DNA from: Thermodesulfobacteriota bacterium
GTDB lineage: Bacteria > Desulfobacterota_D > UBA1144 > Nemesobacterales > JAJCZQ01
Direction of reading: 5' to 3'
Assembly (NCBI GenBank): GCA_965203965.1
Contig: CBDBDR010000014.1
Location: 1-64,000 of the forward strand
DNA length: 64,000 nucleotides
Shown piece by piece: positions 14,101 through 34,428 of this stretch (the first letter of the stretch is position 1; each line of letters starts with the position of its first letter). The notes beneath the pieces were generated by a model. It ran no database searches and was not told the origin of the DNA. It saw nothing but the letters and a program-made list of their open reading frames with translations. A program made the translations under genes and the position numbers.

Positions 14101-16243
14101 CAGACCAGAATGGGTGCACTCCAGAACAGGATAAAAGCAATCCATATGGGATGACTGGCTACAATCCCATTGGACCAAACTGCATTGAAATAGTAGCCAA
14201 ACAAGACTTGGAGGTAAATAAACATCATTGTTGGTGTACATTCCTTGCCCAAAACTCTGTCTCTATTTGAATCATTATCATTATCATCATTATCGAATCA
14301 TAATTGTTGTTCTGTTTTCATGCACAGGAAGTTGCTGGTCATGACAGTTTCAGATCACTGATCAAATTGAAGTGGAAGCTCTATGGATGGAAGCTATACT
14401 TGTTAGCAGCAGTCACACACGCTTGCATGTTATAATAATCATTCTCTTTTTCTGACAGGATCGTTCTCTTACTTTATCTGTTTTTCTTGACAATACTGAC
14501 TGTATCGCTGACCTTAGCTGCCGATAAGCAAGACCCGTCTGATTATTCCACCAGTCTCGACATGTTTCGGTTATTTTGCGAAGCATTAGTCCTTCTCACA
14601 ATATTTGTTGACATTGCTTTGGAGGTGATTGACTTCTGCACGAACTAGTGAGTAAACGATAGTGTATGTAGAACTGAAAATGATTCATCTTTTGCTTAAA
14701 ACAGTGATCGAAGGTTGAAGGTGTATTTCTCTGATTGGACTAACTGGCTGGACATGCTTGCAATCATCACAACATTTCTCATCATTCCGTTCCGATTCAT
14801 GAACTCGGACACACAGTGGATTTTTTCGTCTCTGACGTACGTATTTCACGGCATGCGTGTCTTTGAATACGCTATTATTTTACGGTACGCGATTCATACT
14901 ATTGTTGTACAAAATATTTAACATACCTTTCACATTTAAAGATTTTTCGGAGTGCATGTGGAAGTGTTGGTTCGTGTCATAATTCAAGATTTGAGTCAGT
15001 TTATGCTTGTTTTTGCTGTGTTCATGGTAACACTTGGAGGAGGACTCTTCCTAGCACTGCGTGGAAATCCCTGCACCAATCTTCAAAATGTTAATGTTAA
15101 TGGAACAGGCTTCGATAAAGCTATCAACACAAGCCTCTGTCTTTATCCAGATGAAACAAAGTAGGACATTTAAAAACCACCAGCATAGCTATTTGTATTT
15201 TTTCCACTACTAATAGAACACTGTTTCGGAGCTGGTTTACAGGCATTAGACTACTAGCTGAAGGAGAGACCGTCATTAGTCCATATGTGTTTGGTGATGA
15301 GGGATTTAGGTGAGTTCTATGCAGAAAAAAATCTATTAATTTTTTGATAAAAAAAAAGAGTATAATTTTTAAATGATCTGTTCATCTACTCTCCAGAGGT
15401 TTGGCTGCACTCCTATACCTGGTGTGGCTCTTCTTGGTGATTGTGATACTGTTGAACTTGTTGATTGCTCAGTTCACCACAAGCTACGAGGAGGAGTTGA
15501 GTAAAGCTCGTGTTTCCGTCACTCTGAACCGAGCTAAGGCTCTGAGCAGAATGTGGAATCCACTCTGGATGAAAGTGATAGTAAGTAGTACCCAAAATAC
15601 CCCACCGTTAAACTTTAAACGTACACAGATTCGATCCAAGGAAAGATTAAAGAAATTTGTCAGATTCTCTTACTACAAGCCTACTTCAACGATCTATGAC
15701 TTGGAAGGTATGTGTGTCAGAACATTCAGCATTGAGCACTCATAATTTTTGTCAACACAAGATGAGGACAAAGCAGTTAAACAGTTTGAAGAAGTGAATA
15801 TGTCTATTCAAACATCAACTAAGGCTCTTCACAAACACCTCACTGGTTAGTAATTTTAGAGGTGTGGATTTTCAAAATAAATTCTTTGTCTATTTTTGTC
15901 CTTTAGAAATGCAGACAACAATGACAAATAAAATGCAGAATGAGCTGAGAGACCAATCTCACTATCACACCGCTAAGGAAGATCAGTCTGAGACAATCAA
16001 CGAACTGCAAAGAGAGGTGAAGGAGCAAGCTACAGTCATTAAGCAGCAATCGGTTGTAATGGAGGAGCTGCAAGCAGCCATTATGAAGCAGACGCAGATG
16101 TTCAACGAACAACAAATACTCATGAGAGAGACGTGGTGAGATAGAGACAAGATGCAAGTGAAGATTTTGACAGTTTATTTTTTTTCAGGACTTCAGTAGC
16201 TGAGATGAAGCAGACTCTACAGTGCAGTATATATCAGACATAA
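11116..16243 (+). CDS. Ankyrin-repeat TRP-like (TRPV/TRPA-type) cation channel, paralogue 1
   Basis: Ankyrin-like NNVLHLAGMNG; LIKLKWKLYGW pre-S1; YFSDWTNWLDML S3; pore helix WFTGIRLLAEGE; S6 ILLNLLIAQFTTSY; C-terminal coiled coil. First exon (11116) tentative. Confidence 0.8.
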
Positions 16244-16727
16244 AAATTAATAATAATAAATTTTGTGGAATAATATAAAATTGTGTGTGGATTCAGTATA
16301 CAACAAAATTTAATCATTATCTATGAGATGCATGTACTGTGTGTGCATGACTTTTAGTGTTCGATTTGTAGCGGATACGAATGGTACATGTTTCTGAATG
16401 TCGTACATGTTGTACGCAATGTAGCAGGATGTACCAAAGTTTAATCTACCGCTTTGGATGATAGAAAACAAGGGTGCGACTGATGGGGTCACATTGCAGC
16501 TTTGAAATATCAGGGAACTATCTTCCTTTACATGGTATAACATGCCCATTCTGCCAGCATCCTACAACCTGTCAACTGTAAATATGTGTAGGAAATAGGC
16601 TTAGTAACAATATTCATTGTGTTCAGTTATACGATATTCATTGGTCAGTCATTGATTTAAGCATAGATGATTTAAGCAAAGCTCAGTTATTGTATACTGA
16701 ACACTCAGCCTTGGGAGTGACTCGACC

Positions 16728-19700
16728 ATGGCGTCTGTTTATATTCCTGTGGACGACAGCGAATCTGGAGAATACCCAGAATTGCTCGCTTGGACGGACA
16801 ACGATGCTAGAGTGAGCTTTTTTAGTCCCACACCGACGTCTCCACGTCGATCAAAATCTCGATCTCCAGATGCAGTTGCGGAGAAACAGGTTTGATCTTA
16901 GGAAACTGCACAGCTAGTGCAGAATTTAATTATCGATTGTGTGATGCATTACACTGACTAGCCTGGGCCTTGGTCTAGACATGCGAACTTCATGAATGAT
17001 GCAGAGTTAGTAATTAGTCCATTGAGACAGTGTGTACTTTCCTACAAAGCCTGAATGCATAGATGGTTCTCCTGGAGTTTCAGGTTGGCTTCAGTATCGA
17101 TAAACACCCACACTGCATGCTGCTGTAAATGGTATGCACAAATATTTAAACTGTGTTGAAGTTCATCAAGTTAGACAATCATGCACTGTGGTTTCATGGT
17201 ACAGGTTAATACCCTTCAAATTAAATTTTAGTTACTGCTTTGGTGGTCATTCAATGATGGCACCACGGAGTATACTCTGTACTACCTCTTAATGCAACAC
17301 AGGCAAATGGAATGTCAGATAATTTGATGCACAGTTTGAAAAATGGACAGAGCCAGTATCTGGAATCTCTGTTCACACTTGTGAAGCAGTGCAAGTGGGA
17401 TGTTGATCCAGGAAGCACGTTTGAACCACTGCCAATCACCATGTACCAGAAGTTTATGGAGTTGTATCCGCATAGGCTGGACAATCTTTGTTATCATTCT
17501 AAATATGTGAGTGCTGTGACTTCATCATAGAATAGTTCACAACCTAGGTCTTTCATGCAGGCTCCATTTCTAGGGACCAAGCTTATCCAGAGAAACTATC
17601 TCAATGAGAACGAGCAGGTAGACTTTCTAGTATACACATGCAACAGCCCTAAATGGGATATAAACCTGTGGATACCACTGTTGGAGGTTGTGGTAAGCTA
17701 TGAAGACAGACACAAGACATCATGATATCATATGTTTTTATAGCTTGAACCAGTCTTTCAGAAAGCATTGCCTAGAATCGAACACAAGATCGGTGACAAC
17801 ACTACACACTTGTATGCAGACATGCTGAATGCTGCTGCGGAACAGGAGGGAAGAATAGCCATCGAGAGGCTGGTGGAAGCTGCCATGTGGCATCACGGGA
17901 TCGAGAGCAGACCTGATGAAGTAGACAGAGGAGTTCATGACATAAACCGTGCCACTCAGGTCCTCAAACGCTTTTTGGAAAACACCGAAATCACCGGGAA
18001 AATGGTCAGTTATTTATTATCAAGACAACTTAACCTAAATTCTTCATCAGGTGAAACCAGCTATCGAAGCATTGATGGAGTACAAACCTGATCCTTTGAA
18101 GTTAGACAACAAAGAGAACAAATGTGCAGTAGAACTAGCAGATGAGAGAGGACCAGCATTTGCATCAATAGCTGTGGTCATGTTCCACGAGGGCTGTAGC
18201 ATTCATGACCACAATCGACAGGAGATGCTCAAGTTTCTGGCAAAGAGGAAGATCATTGGTGATACCACAGTGAGTCATAAGATATTGCAATCCAAGCAAT
18301 TTACCACTGCCTTAGCTCAAGGCAATTGTTAGAGTGAAAAAGGAGGATTTTCTTACCAGTGAACTGATCACAACTTGTGCTGGCAGTGGATGCATTGACA
18401 CATCGTGTGAACTAGCCTTGCAATATTCTAAGAGCTTTTCAAGAACTCATGAGCAGACTTTCTTAGAAATATTGGTAAGTGTATCGCACATTGATTTCTA
18501 GTTTGACTGTTGCTATAGATACATGCACGAGATGGCAATGTAGCAGTTGCAGCATTCACTCAACTAACTCCAGATCTCTACTCCATGGACTGCGTTGATA
18601 AGAAAGGCAACAATGTCCTCCACATAGCTGGTGAAAACGGATTCGCAATACTCACGGAGCAGATTCTAGATCAAGGCTACACTAGGTTGCTGTGGGCTAA
18701 GAACCTCAAGGGTGAGTATCCAGTCCAAGTGAGTCTGGCGGTCGGTAAGTTTGAGACTGCAGCAGTGTTTCTGAGAGCTATGAATGACTGGTAATGTGCC
18801 ATATTAGTGATGTGGGAGTTTATTATAAATATTCATATGTAGGAGACTGTGTGTGGTATCAAAACGAACAAATTGTGCACCTGCTGTGAACTTCCAGAGG
18901 TTGCTGTTTGAACTAGCTTGGGCAAAGTCATGCAAAAAACATCATGCTTTCAACTGGTAAACATGATTACCAATAAGATGTGTGTTTATAATATTTTTAT
19001 TGAATGCTGCTGTATAGCACAAGAGATTGCTTAGCCCGGCACAGAGATGAAGAAGAAGATGAAGCTGAACTAATGTCTGCAACTGATTATCACTTACCAG
19101 ATAGCCAAGACAAGAAGCATGTAATAGAGACTACAGTAATAGCAATGTACTCTTAACAACAATACAGATTGAGGACTGCATTATGGCTATACTCGATTCA
19201 ACGGTGGACAAGCAACATGGAGTGATCCACTATGACGTGTTAGAGGCGGACAAGAATGGTTACACACCTGATCAAGACAAGGGCTATCGTTCAAAAGAAC
19301 CAGGATACAATCCATCAGGTCACAACTGCATTGAAATTGTAGCAAAACAAGATCTGGAGGTAAGTGACAAGTGAACAATGTAACTGAAAATATTATCTGA
19401 ATTATTGTAGGAAATAGCAGCTCATAAGAGTTTTCATGGTCTCATCAAATTAAAGTGGCAGCAATTTGGATGGATCTGGTACCTGTAAGTCTAATGATCA
19501 CTGTCATTGCTGTTCATACCTTGTACAGTGTCTTGCTCACAGTGTATCTGCTGTTCTTTGGTCTACTGACAGTAGCTCTTGTGTTGGCAACTGATGAAGA
19601 AGAACCTTCCACCTATGACACACCACTCGCTAAATTTAGACTATTCTGTGAAGTGATAGTCATTCTTGGAGTGCTGTTGGACTTTATTGGTGAAATTGTT

Positions 19701-21297
19701 GACTTTTGTACCAACTAGTAAGAGTTCTGCTAATATCAGCATTTTTATTAACATCTGTTTCAGTGATAAAAGCTTCAGAAAGTATCTAACTGACTGGACC
19801 AATTGGTTTGATATGCTGGCTATTAGCATGACCCTGCTCATCATTCCATTCCGTTTTACTAACTTGAATGTTCAGTGGATTTTTGCAGCTCTGGCATACA
19901 TTTTTCATGGTTTACGGATTTTTGAATATGCAATTATTCTAAGGTACATCAGCAATATTGTTATCAATTCTTATCAGGATTTTGCTGAAGATTTTTCGGA
20001 CGCTATGTTGAAATTTTGGTTCGAGTCGTGATCCGTGATCTGACTCAGTTTCTGATTGTATTCATGGTGTTCATGATCACATTTGGAGGTGGACTCTTCT
20101 TTGCTATGCGTGGGGAGCCATGTCCATTTGTAGTCTCTACTAGTGATGTTCGACCTGAGTTCAATCCTCTAGTGAACACCAGCCTCTGTGTGCATCCTGA
20201 AGAGACTGGGTGAGTCTCTCGTCTCAATTTGACTGCTTACACCACTGTTTGATTGTACGCAGATCCATATATCGTATTTGGTTGACTGGTATTCGTCTTC
20301 TAGCTGAAGGAGAAAATATCATATTCCCATACTTGTTTCAGGATCGAGGTTTTAGGTATAAGCTACTATAGTGGAAATTTAAAATTATTATTATTTTCTA
20401 TAAAGAGGTCTAGCTGGGGCTATCTACATTGTGTTTCTGTTCCTGGTCGTCGTGATTCTGCTCAACCTGTTGATTGCTCAGTTCACCAAGAGCTACGAGG
20501 AGGAGATAGGAAGAGCTCACATTTCTGTCACTCTAAACCGAGCTAAGGCCCTGAGCAGAATGTGGAATCCACTCTGGATGAAAGTGATAGTAAGACTGAT
20601 GGTGATAATTTTATAAACTGTTTTAATTTTCCGTAGATTCGATATCGGGATTTCTTCAAAAGGTACACCAGGGTCTCGTATTATAGACCTACATCACACA
20701 AAATGGATCTTGATGGTAAGCATTCAATCTGTCATTTGCAACTTAGCGCAACTTTTTTAAAGACCCGGACAAGCTCAGTAAGAAATTTGAAGAAGTGCAG
20801 CAAACGATTTATCAGACAAACAAATCCGTTCACAAGCAATTGAAGGGTGAGTGTATTCACATGCAGTGAACATCATTATTTACGTCTCTTTCCTTTTTTA
20901 GGTATGCAAGATCAACTAGACAAACAAGCAGTTTTAAGTAAAACAATCATGGAGCAGACTGTCACTGCAAGAGAACATTCTCAGGAAAGGCACCATAGCT
21001 TAGAAACAAGCTTGCCTCCAGAACTTAAAGAACAAATCAGGAATAGTTCAATGGTGATCAGTGAGCTGCAGAGAGAAGTGAAGGAGCAAGCTACTGTGAT
21101 CAAGAAGCAAGCAACCATCATGGAGGAGTTGCAAGTAGCTGTGGTTAGACAGACAGAGATGTTCAGTAAACAGCAGCAGCGCATGAGGGAGACATGGTGA
21201 GAAATGAATGCAACAGTTCAACTGTATTTGTTTTTCCGCTTGTAGGATGTCAGAACTGACAGAAGTACTTCAAAGATTTTCATCACAAACAAATTAA
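16728..21297 (+). CDS. Ankyrin-repeat TRP-like cation channel, paralogue 2
   Basis: Exon-for-exon match to paralogue 1: NNVLHIAGENG, YLTDWTNWFDML, WLTGIRLLAEGE, ILLNLLIAQFTKSY, coiled coil. First exon tentative. Confidence 0.8.
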
Positions 21298-21604
21298 TCA
21301 CCCAGCACAGATTTTATTTTTTATTCAAAGAGTGCAGAGAGAGCCATATTTTATTTCACCGCTGTTATTATTCACAATTCAGTGTTTCATAGTCCATAAC
21401 TTGTATTATAAATTCACTTGTTGTATTCACGACATACTTACAAGTGCTTACAGAGCAAACAGTTATGATAAAAGAACTACGAGCAGCTATGATGAGACAG
21501 CAGTCAAGTGACTGCTGGTGATGAAGCTCCAACTTGTTAACAATAATTACAAAAAGATTTAAACGGTTACTACATGTACATAACTAAAACAAGATTATAA
21601 GTCA

Positions 21605-24022
21605 CTAGAGCTCTTGTTTCTTTCCCTTCTTCGTTTTCTTCGATTTCTTGGCTTCCTCTCCTCGCACCACTGGTGGTGATGAAGCATTGTCTTTCAAATA
21701 CTTAATAAAATCTGCCACTTCCCTTCCACCCTAAGTCGATACGATAACAGTGATAGCACATACAAGAGTCTCCTCATACCTCGTATTTCTGTGGGCTAGA
21801 TTTATTTCCCTTGGGAACCCAGAATAAGGTTGGGTAGCTGAGGATGAAATGAGTGAAATGATGGATTATTGATAAGCATTACTACTTACCCTTGCACTTT
21901 GTACATGGATGGATAGTCATTGGCTGTCGCATCAGATTTAGCAATAACAATGTTAGGGTCATCCGTCAACTGCAATAGTCAGCATCATAACACACGGGTC
22001 AACCATTCAACGTACCTTCTCTCCAAGTTCCTCCAATTTTGGTGCCAATGCTTTGCAGTGTCCGCACCAAGGAGCATAGAACTCTATGAGAACATCCTTA
22101 TCGGGGTCGTTGACAATGGCGTCAAAGTTCTTCCCAACCACAACCTACACAGAGAAGCAAGCAGCTAATCTCTAGTGTGGTCACCCAGTACAAAGGCTAT
22201 TTGTGATAGCACTACAGTTACCTTTACAGGCCCGTCATTGTCCTTTGGTACAGGTTCACTCTTCAAGTATGGTTCCAGTCCACCATCCAAGAACTCTTGT
22301 GCAAAAGCTTTCAAATTGTCGACACTAAAATCTTGTTCCATTGCGTATTTTTGACCCTTGGCGTCGTACAAGCCAACCACCACATCCTTCGGAGTGTGCT
22401 CGAAACCCAATGCACTCATTTCATGACCAAAAGCAGATCTATCAGAAACGGCAAAGGTGAGTTGGTCTGTGAATTCCTTAGCCGCCTTGATCACTCTGAG
22501 AAATGAAAAATTCATTAAAAAGACAAAATGACAAACAATTAAAAATTTACCTGTTTCTCCAGTAGTTGGTTCCTATGGTTGATGAACAACATCAATAATT
22601 ATAGCACATACATGTATTAATAATGAAAAACAGTACCTTTGGGATTCCTGACATAGTCAACAACAAAATACGCCACAACCAGTGGTTTCTTGTCTTCGTA
22701 AAACTTCATATTGTCGGTTGTGCGCACCCCGACAAGACCCATACTGTAATTGAGCAAGAAATGATGAGAGTGTGACAGCCATGTTGGATCTTACTGTTTA
22801 GACTTAACGAAGGTTTGTAATTCACGTGCGTTCGAAGCTCCTTCGTACACGATTCGTGATTCGTCCAACTTAGTTTGTAGTTGGGGAGGTTGAAAAATAA
22901 CGATTTGTCTGTCAGAGTAAAAAATCACATGACAGGCACATGATAGTCACATGACTCACTCATTATAGTTCCACTCATCACGCACTACAGATGGTACGAC
23001 ATGTGCAAATCGGAATGAATTACGAAGAGCATTGGCAGCCGACATAAATGCTTCTTTGAGCTTGCTCTCACCAGCGAAGAAACCTTTCCAGAGATGAGGT
23101 AAGGAAAGATGAACAGACAAACTTACCTACAACACTGTGTTCATCTCCTTTTAAAAACTTCTTCATTGACTCAACATCAGTAAGCTCTGAAGGAAGGAGA
23201 GAGAGGGTGTATGTGGTGAATGCATTTGGCAACCACAACAGTGAAATTCTCACTAAAATAGAACACAATAACTAGTTATGCATTCACACACACACACAAA
23301 GGCTCTTTTCAGTTGATCAGTTACAGGAAACTTGCAACTAGGTACCTTTACTGCTGGGGCCGCCCTGCTTTTTCATATAGCCAACAATTCCATCTGCAAA
23401 CAAAAAACAAAGTAAAAGTCTCAACGTGATAGTGAGTCAAGCGTACCAGATGATCGTGGACCATCATAGTCTGAACTGATTTCTCCGTTACGGAAAATCT
23501 TCAGTGTTGGGTACCCACTGACTCCATACTTGCTACACAGATCGTTGCTAGCTGGGCAGTCCACCTGGCAAGACACACACACAGTGAATCACTCGGAGCA
23601 CTTGTTGACACACAGATTCCCTACACTACTAACTACTCACTACTAAACCACAAATACCAAAATTAGATTCACTTTAAGATAGGTTACTCCACTTTGGTTG
23701 CTCATGCATCAGATATACTCTATCCGGTCTCATTCACCTTAGCTAGAGGAATGGGCGGGTCTTCTTTAGCCAGAGCGGTTGCAGCCTTTTCGTACTCGGG
23801 AGCAAGCCGTTTACAGTGCCCGCACCTACAAGAAACGGGTCAGAAAAGCTCTTGAGTAATGCTCCAACTCTCTTACCAAGGTGCAAAGAACTCTACAAGA
23901 ATGATATCCACGTCCACCGACTCGGCAAAGTTGGCGGCATTCAAGTCCAGGACATCACTGTCGCCATTAGAACTTGCTCTGCACGCCAACAACGCTGACA
24001 CTGCCAGAAACAACCACTTCAT
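21605..24022 (-). CDS. PDIA3: Protein disulfide-isomerase A3 (ERp57)
   Basis: Signal peptide; two WCGHCK sites; [11 protein letters not shown] signature; YLKSEPVP; Lys-rich tail ending KQEL. Confidence 0.95.
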
Positions 24023-24121
24023 CTTCTCTGCTATATCGCTCAGGCCTCTCAGAATACAGAGATTGGAGAGAATGGTTTGAAGAAAAGGGCTCGTTCCTTA
24101 TCACACGTGTGAACAGCTGGA

Positions 24122-24140
24122 CCAATCAAAACGAGCCACG
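24122..24140 (+). promoter_or_regulatory. ER stress response element ERSE-I (CCAAT-N9-CCACG)
   Basis: CCAAT caaaacgag CCACG, exact consensus, ~100 bp upstream of the PDIA3 ATG. Confidence 0.8.
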
Positions 24141-24774
24141 CGTCACGTGATTGCATAATTGTGGATATTCATGAGAAGAAACTTAGCAATATCATAACCT
24201 GTAATACAGTTTAAAATAATCATATTCAATGTTCTCACTTACTAGTTCAGATCAGTGCAGACTAGAGGCTACTTAGTGCTTTGATAGTGGCCCTCAAGAT
24301 GCTGCTAGTGCATGCACAAGAGCTAAACCCTTTCTTGATGATAACAGCTAATCTGCCCGGTGGTAGCTAGCTGATTGGCAGGCACTATAGACTGCAGCTA
24401 GAGAATGTCTCAAAATGCATGTGTTGTTAGCTAGTTCTCACTATTCTTTTAGATACTGTGCTTTTGAAATCCCATGTATGCATACAATATCAGCCCACCC
24501 ACGCAATTCTACGAGCCCCACCCATTCCTGCCAAGCCTCCAGCACGCTGATTCTGCACGAGCATAAAGGCTCGCATCACTGGACCATAGATAATACAGTA
24601 CTGTAATATCTATGACTGGACCAATCAACGTGATTACATAATCATGAATTATTATTATTTTTTTATGAAGAGGGAGAAATATCAACATAGAGAAATCTTG
24701 ATCAACAAACGAACATGTAACCTGTAAATAGAGTAACACAATATTTAGTAATGAAGGCAGCTCTTACTATAATG

Positions 24775-31495
<6,721 letters not shown>

Positions 31496-31700
31496 GTAGT
31501 TAGCTTGGTTCCAATAGTGTGGACTAACGGCCATTTAGCAGGGTTTCGGCTTCTTGCCTTGCTCTAAGCTGTTCCCGGGCAGCAAGGCCGCCAATTCTAA
31601 TTAATGCCCAATACAACCGTGAACGAAGAAATGCGGAACGGTTACGGAGTAACATTCAAAAATCACTGCCCGCCAATCCATTCCTGGTCCTTGATGAACT

Positions 31701-34428
31701 ATGGCGTCGTGTGAAGAAGAGCAAGAGAGGGCCAAGGCTGCTGCAGGACTAAAATTACGCTTAGAGTTGGAGAGAAAGCATACTACTTCTTGTCATGAAT
31801 TAATTGAGAGTGGGTTGGAGATAGAAAGAATCTACACCTTTCTTCTTAAAGAGCTAATGGAAGTCGAGGAAGATAAGATGAAAGAAATAGAGAGACGGAT
31901 ATCCACGAGTCAAGAGCATTCCAGAGTGCTGACCAAAGAGAGTGCAACAAAAAGGAGCAGTTTACTGGCTTCCTTTGTGGGCGGCAGCAGTATGCAAGAG
32001 GATGGTGTGATAGTGATTGAAGATGATAAACAGGTTTCAGTTGATGAGCCTTCGGGACCTGTGACAACGTCTACTCAACCACCTAGCAAGAAGCAAGTAC
32101 CAAAGATGAAAAACTTTTCACTGATAATCTCCAAATCTAAGAAAGTGACCAATGAAGATAGCGATGAGTCATCTCAGCGTCACCAAGTCTGTAGTCCTCA
32201 GAAGCAAGAAATTAGCTCACCAGTTCAGGTGATCTCTCCCAAGCAAAATAGAGTCAAGCAGCAACAACCTGAAAAGGAGAAAGAGATCAATGTTTCCTCT
32301 GAGTCGGAGGGCGCCACCAGTCCTGAAATTCCTATGCAGAACCAAGAGGAGGATTTTTTTCTCCACGTCATACCAAGGAGAAAGATTTACCAACGTCTTG
32401 TGGAAGACACTGATAATGAACCTAGTTTTGTAAAGGAAAGTCCAAGAAAGCTTACTTCTGGTAGTAGAATACCTCGAAGTAGCTATAGTTCCATTGGTGG
32501 ATTCAACTCTTGTTCAGTGGAAAAAGAAACGGTCGTTCCTTCTCAAAGAGCAGTGGCAGTATCTTCACCTACCAAGAAGCTTCAACCCCGTGACAAAGTT
32601 GCAGCCAAAAATGTTCCACAGCCGGTGAAGATTGCTAAAGAGACTAGCACAGAATCATCCTCTGAGAAAGAAGAAACAATAGTTACTTTGCCCAAAAGAA
32701 AGAGAAGAAATCGGCTTGTAACGCTGGAAGGTAGCGTAAGGACTAGTCCACATCAGAGAACAAGACGTAACAAGGAAGAGGAGGAAGAAGAAGCATTTGA
32801 TTTGAACCCCCAAAGCCCCAAACATCGTTCAAAAGGAAAGGAACTAGAAAGAGTGATTTCTTCCCCAAGAAGTGTGACGACCTCTTCGCCTGCCAAGAAG
32901 ATTCAACCCCATGACAAACCTACCAAAAATGTTGAGAAGGTTGCTAAAGAGTGTCAGGCTACCAAAACTACCACAGAATCGTCTTCTGAGGAAGAAGAAA
33001 CGATAATTACTTTCCCCAAAAGAAAGAGAAGAAATCGGCTTGTAACACTGGAAGACAATACTGCTCCACTTCTGAGAACAAGAAAAAGTAAAAAGCAAAT
33101 GGATGAAGAGGAGGAAGAAGTATTTGATTTGAACCCCCAAAGCCCTAAACCTCGCTTAGCGAGAAAAGTTTCTTCTCCGAGAACTATGTCAAGACCTTTG
33201 CCTACCAAGAAGCAAGGCAAGGTTGTAACAAGAAAAGTCACACAACCAGTAAAGGTTGCTAAAGACACTACCGCAGAATCACCCTCCGAGAAAGAAGAAA
33301 CTGTTATTTTGCCCAAGAGAAAGAGAAAGAATTTGCTTGCAACACTGGAGGACGGTGTAAGAACTAGTCCACTTCAGAAGACAAGAGCACGTACAAACAA
33401 AGAAGATAACAAGCAAGAGGAAGAAGCATTTGATTTGAACCCCCAAGACCCTGGATTGCCGAAGCGCAAAATGAGAAAGAATAAGTCAACTAAATCGAAA
33501 AGGGACGAAAACAGTCTTGCTACTGAGCCATCATCTCCTGTTAGACAAAGAGTAACATCACCTTCAGCTGTAAGACTGAGAAGTCGAAGAGCACAACATG
33601 AGAAACGACAAGAATTGGAAAAGGAGAGAAGGGAAGAGCCAAATGGACCAGAATCTCTCTCTACAGCTGAGCCGAGGTTGCAACATCAAAGAAATGATGA
33701 GGATGGAAGAGAAACCAGTAAGCCTGTTGGTGCAAGCTCACCTCCCTCTTTGCGAAGACGTAAGTCTAGATCTCCTAAGCGCTTAGTGCAAAGAGAGGAC
33801 AAAGAACCAGAGCAGAAGGGAAGAGAGGAGAAGGAGGTTGAATCGCTCACTCTCGCAAACACAGTCATGGTCCTTTCTCCTCTACGAGAGCGTATGCTTA
33901 GATCAAGGAAAGAGGAGACAGAAAATAGAAAGAGATGCACAAAAGTAGCTGGAAAATCCGTGGTTGAAATGGAAGGCTCTAAGAGAAGAAAAAACAAAAG
34001 CAAGCCAGAAGAGGCAAGTAAAGGGAGAGAGACATTGTCAGCAGCAGAACAACTATCAAGCCAAGTTGAGGAAAGAAGCAAAGATGAACGCATTATAATG
34101 CTACGACCTCCAAAACAGATTCCGAACAGGTAAGATAAAATCAATTATAAGTACCTCCATAAATAGGCATCTGTTTGCTTGATGAAAAGCGTGTGTGAAG
34201 CATTACAAATAAACCTTCGTACTTGTGTTTGAGGTTTGTAGTGAAGCCCTTTAACTGTTACTGTTATCATCTCTGTCCAGGCTCACCAGAGCAGCTGTGT
34301 CTAGCAATACCCTTCTTGATCACACATCAATATCCTTTGCCAAGGGAAGACGGACACTTCTTTCATCAACGCAAGCCTCGTGTATAATGGATTCGATGAT
34401 GTCCACATTCTGTGAACAAGACCTAGAG
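31701..34428 (+). CDS. Uncharacterised low-complexity basic/acidic protein with N-terminal coiled coil and three ~100-aa internal repeats; probably continues in small 3' exons
   Basis: 810-codon ORF ending at a strong donor (AG|GTAAG, 34129/34130) with in-frame exon 34281-34428; repeats of PKRKRRNRLVTLE...EEEAFDLNPQSP. Confidence 0.75.

Noticed and set aside
33686..34144. Antisense ORFs over the 810-aa gene, CHD1, DMXL and GK5
   Set aside because: Shadow frames of real coding sequence on the other strand
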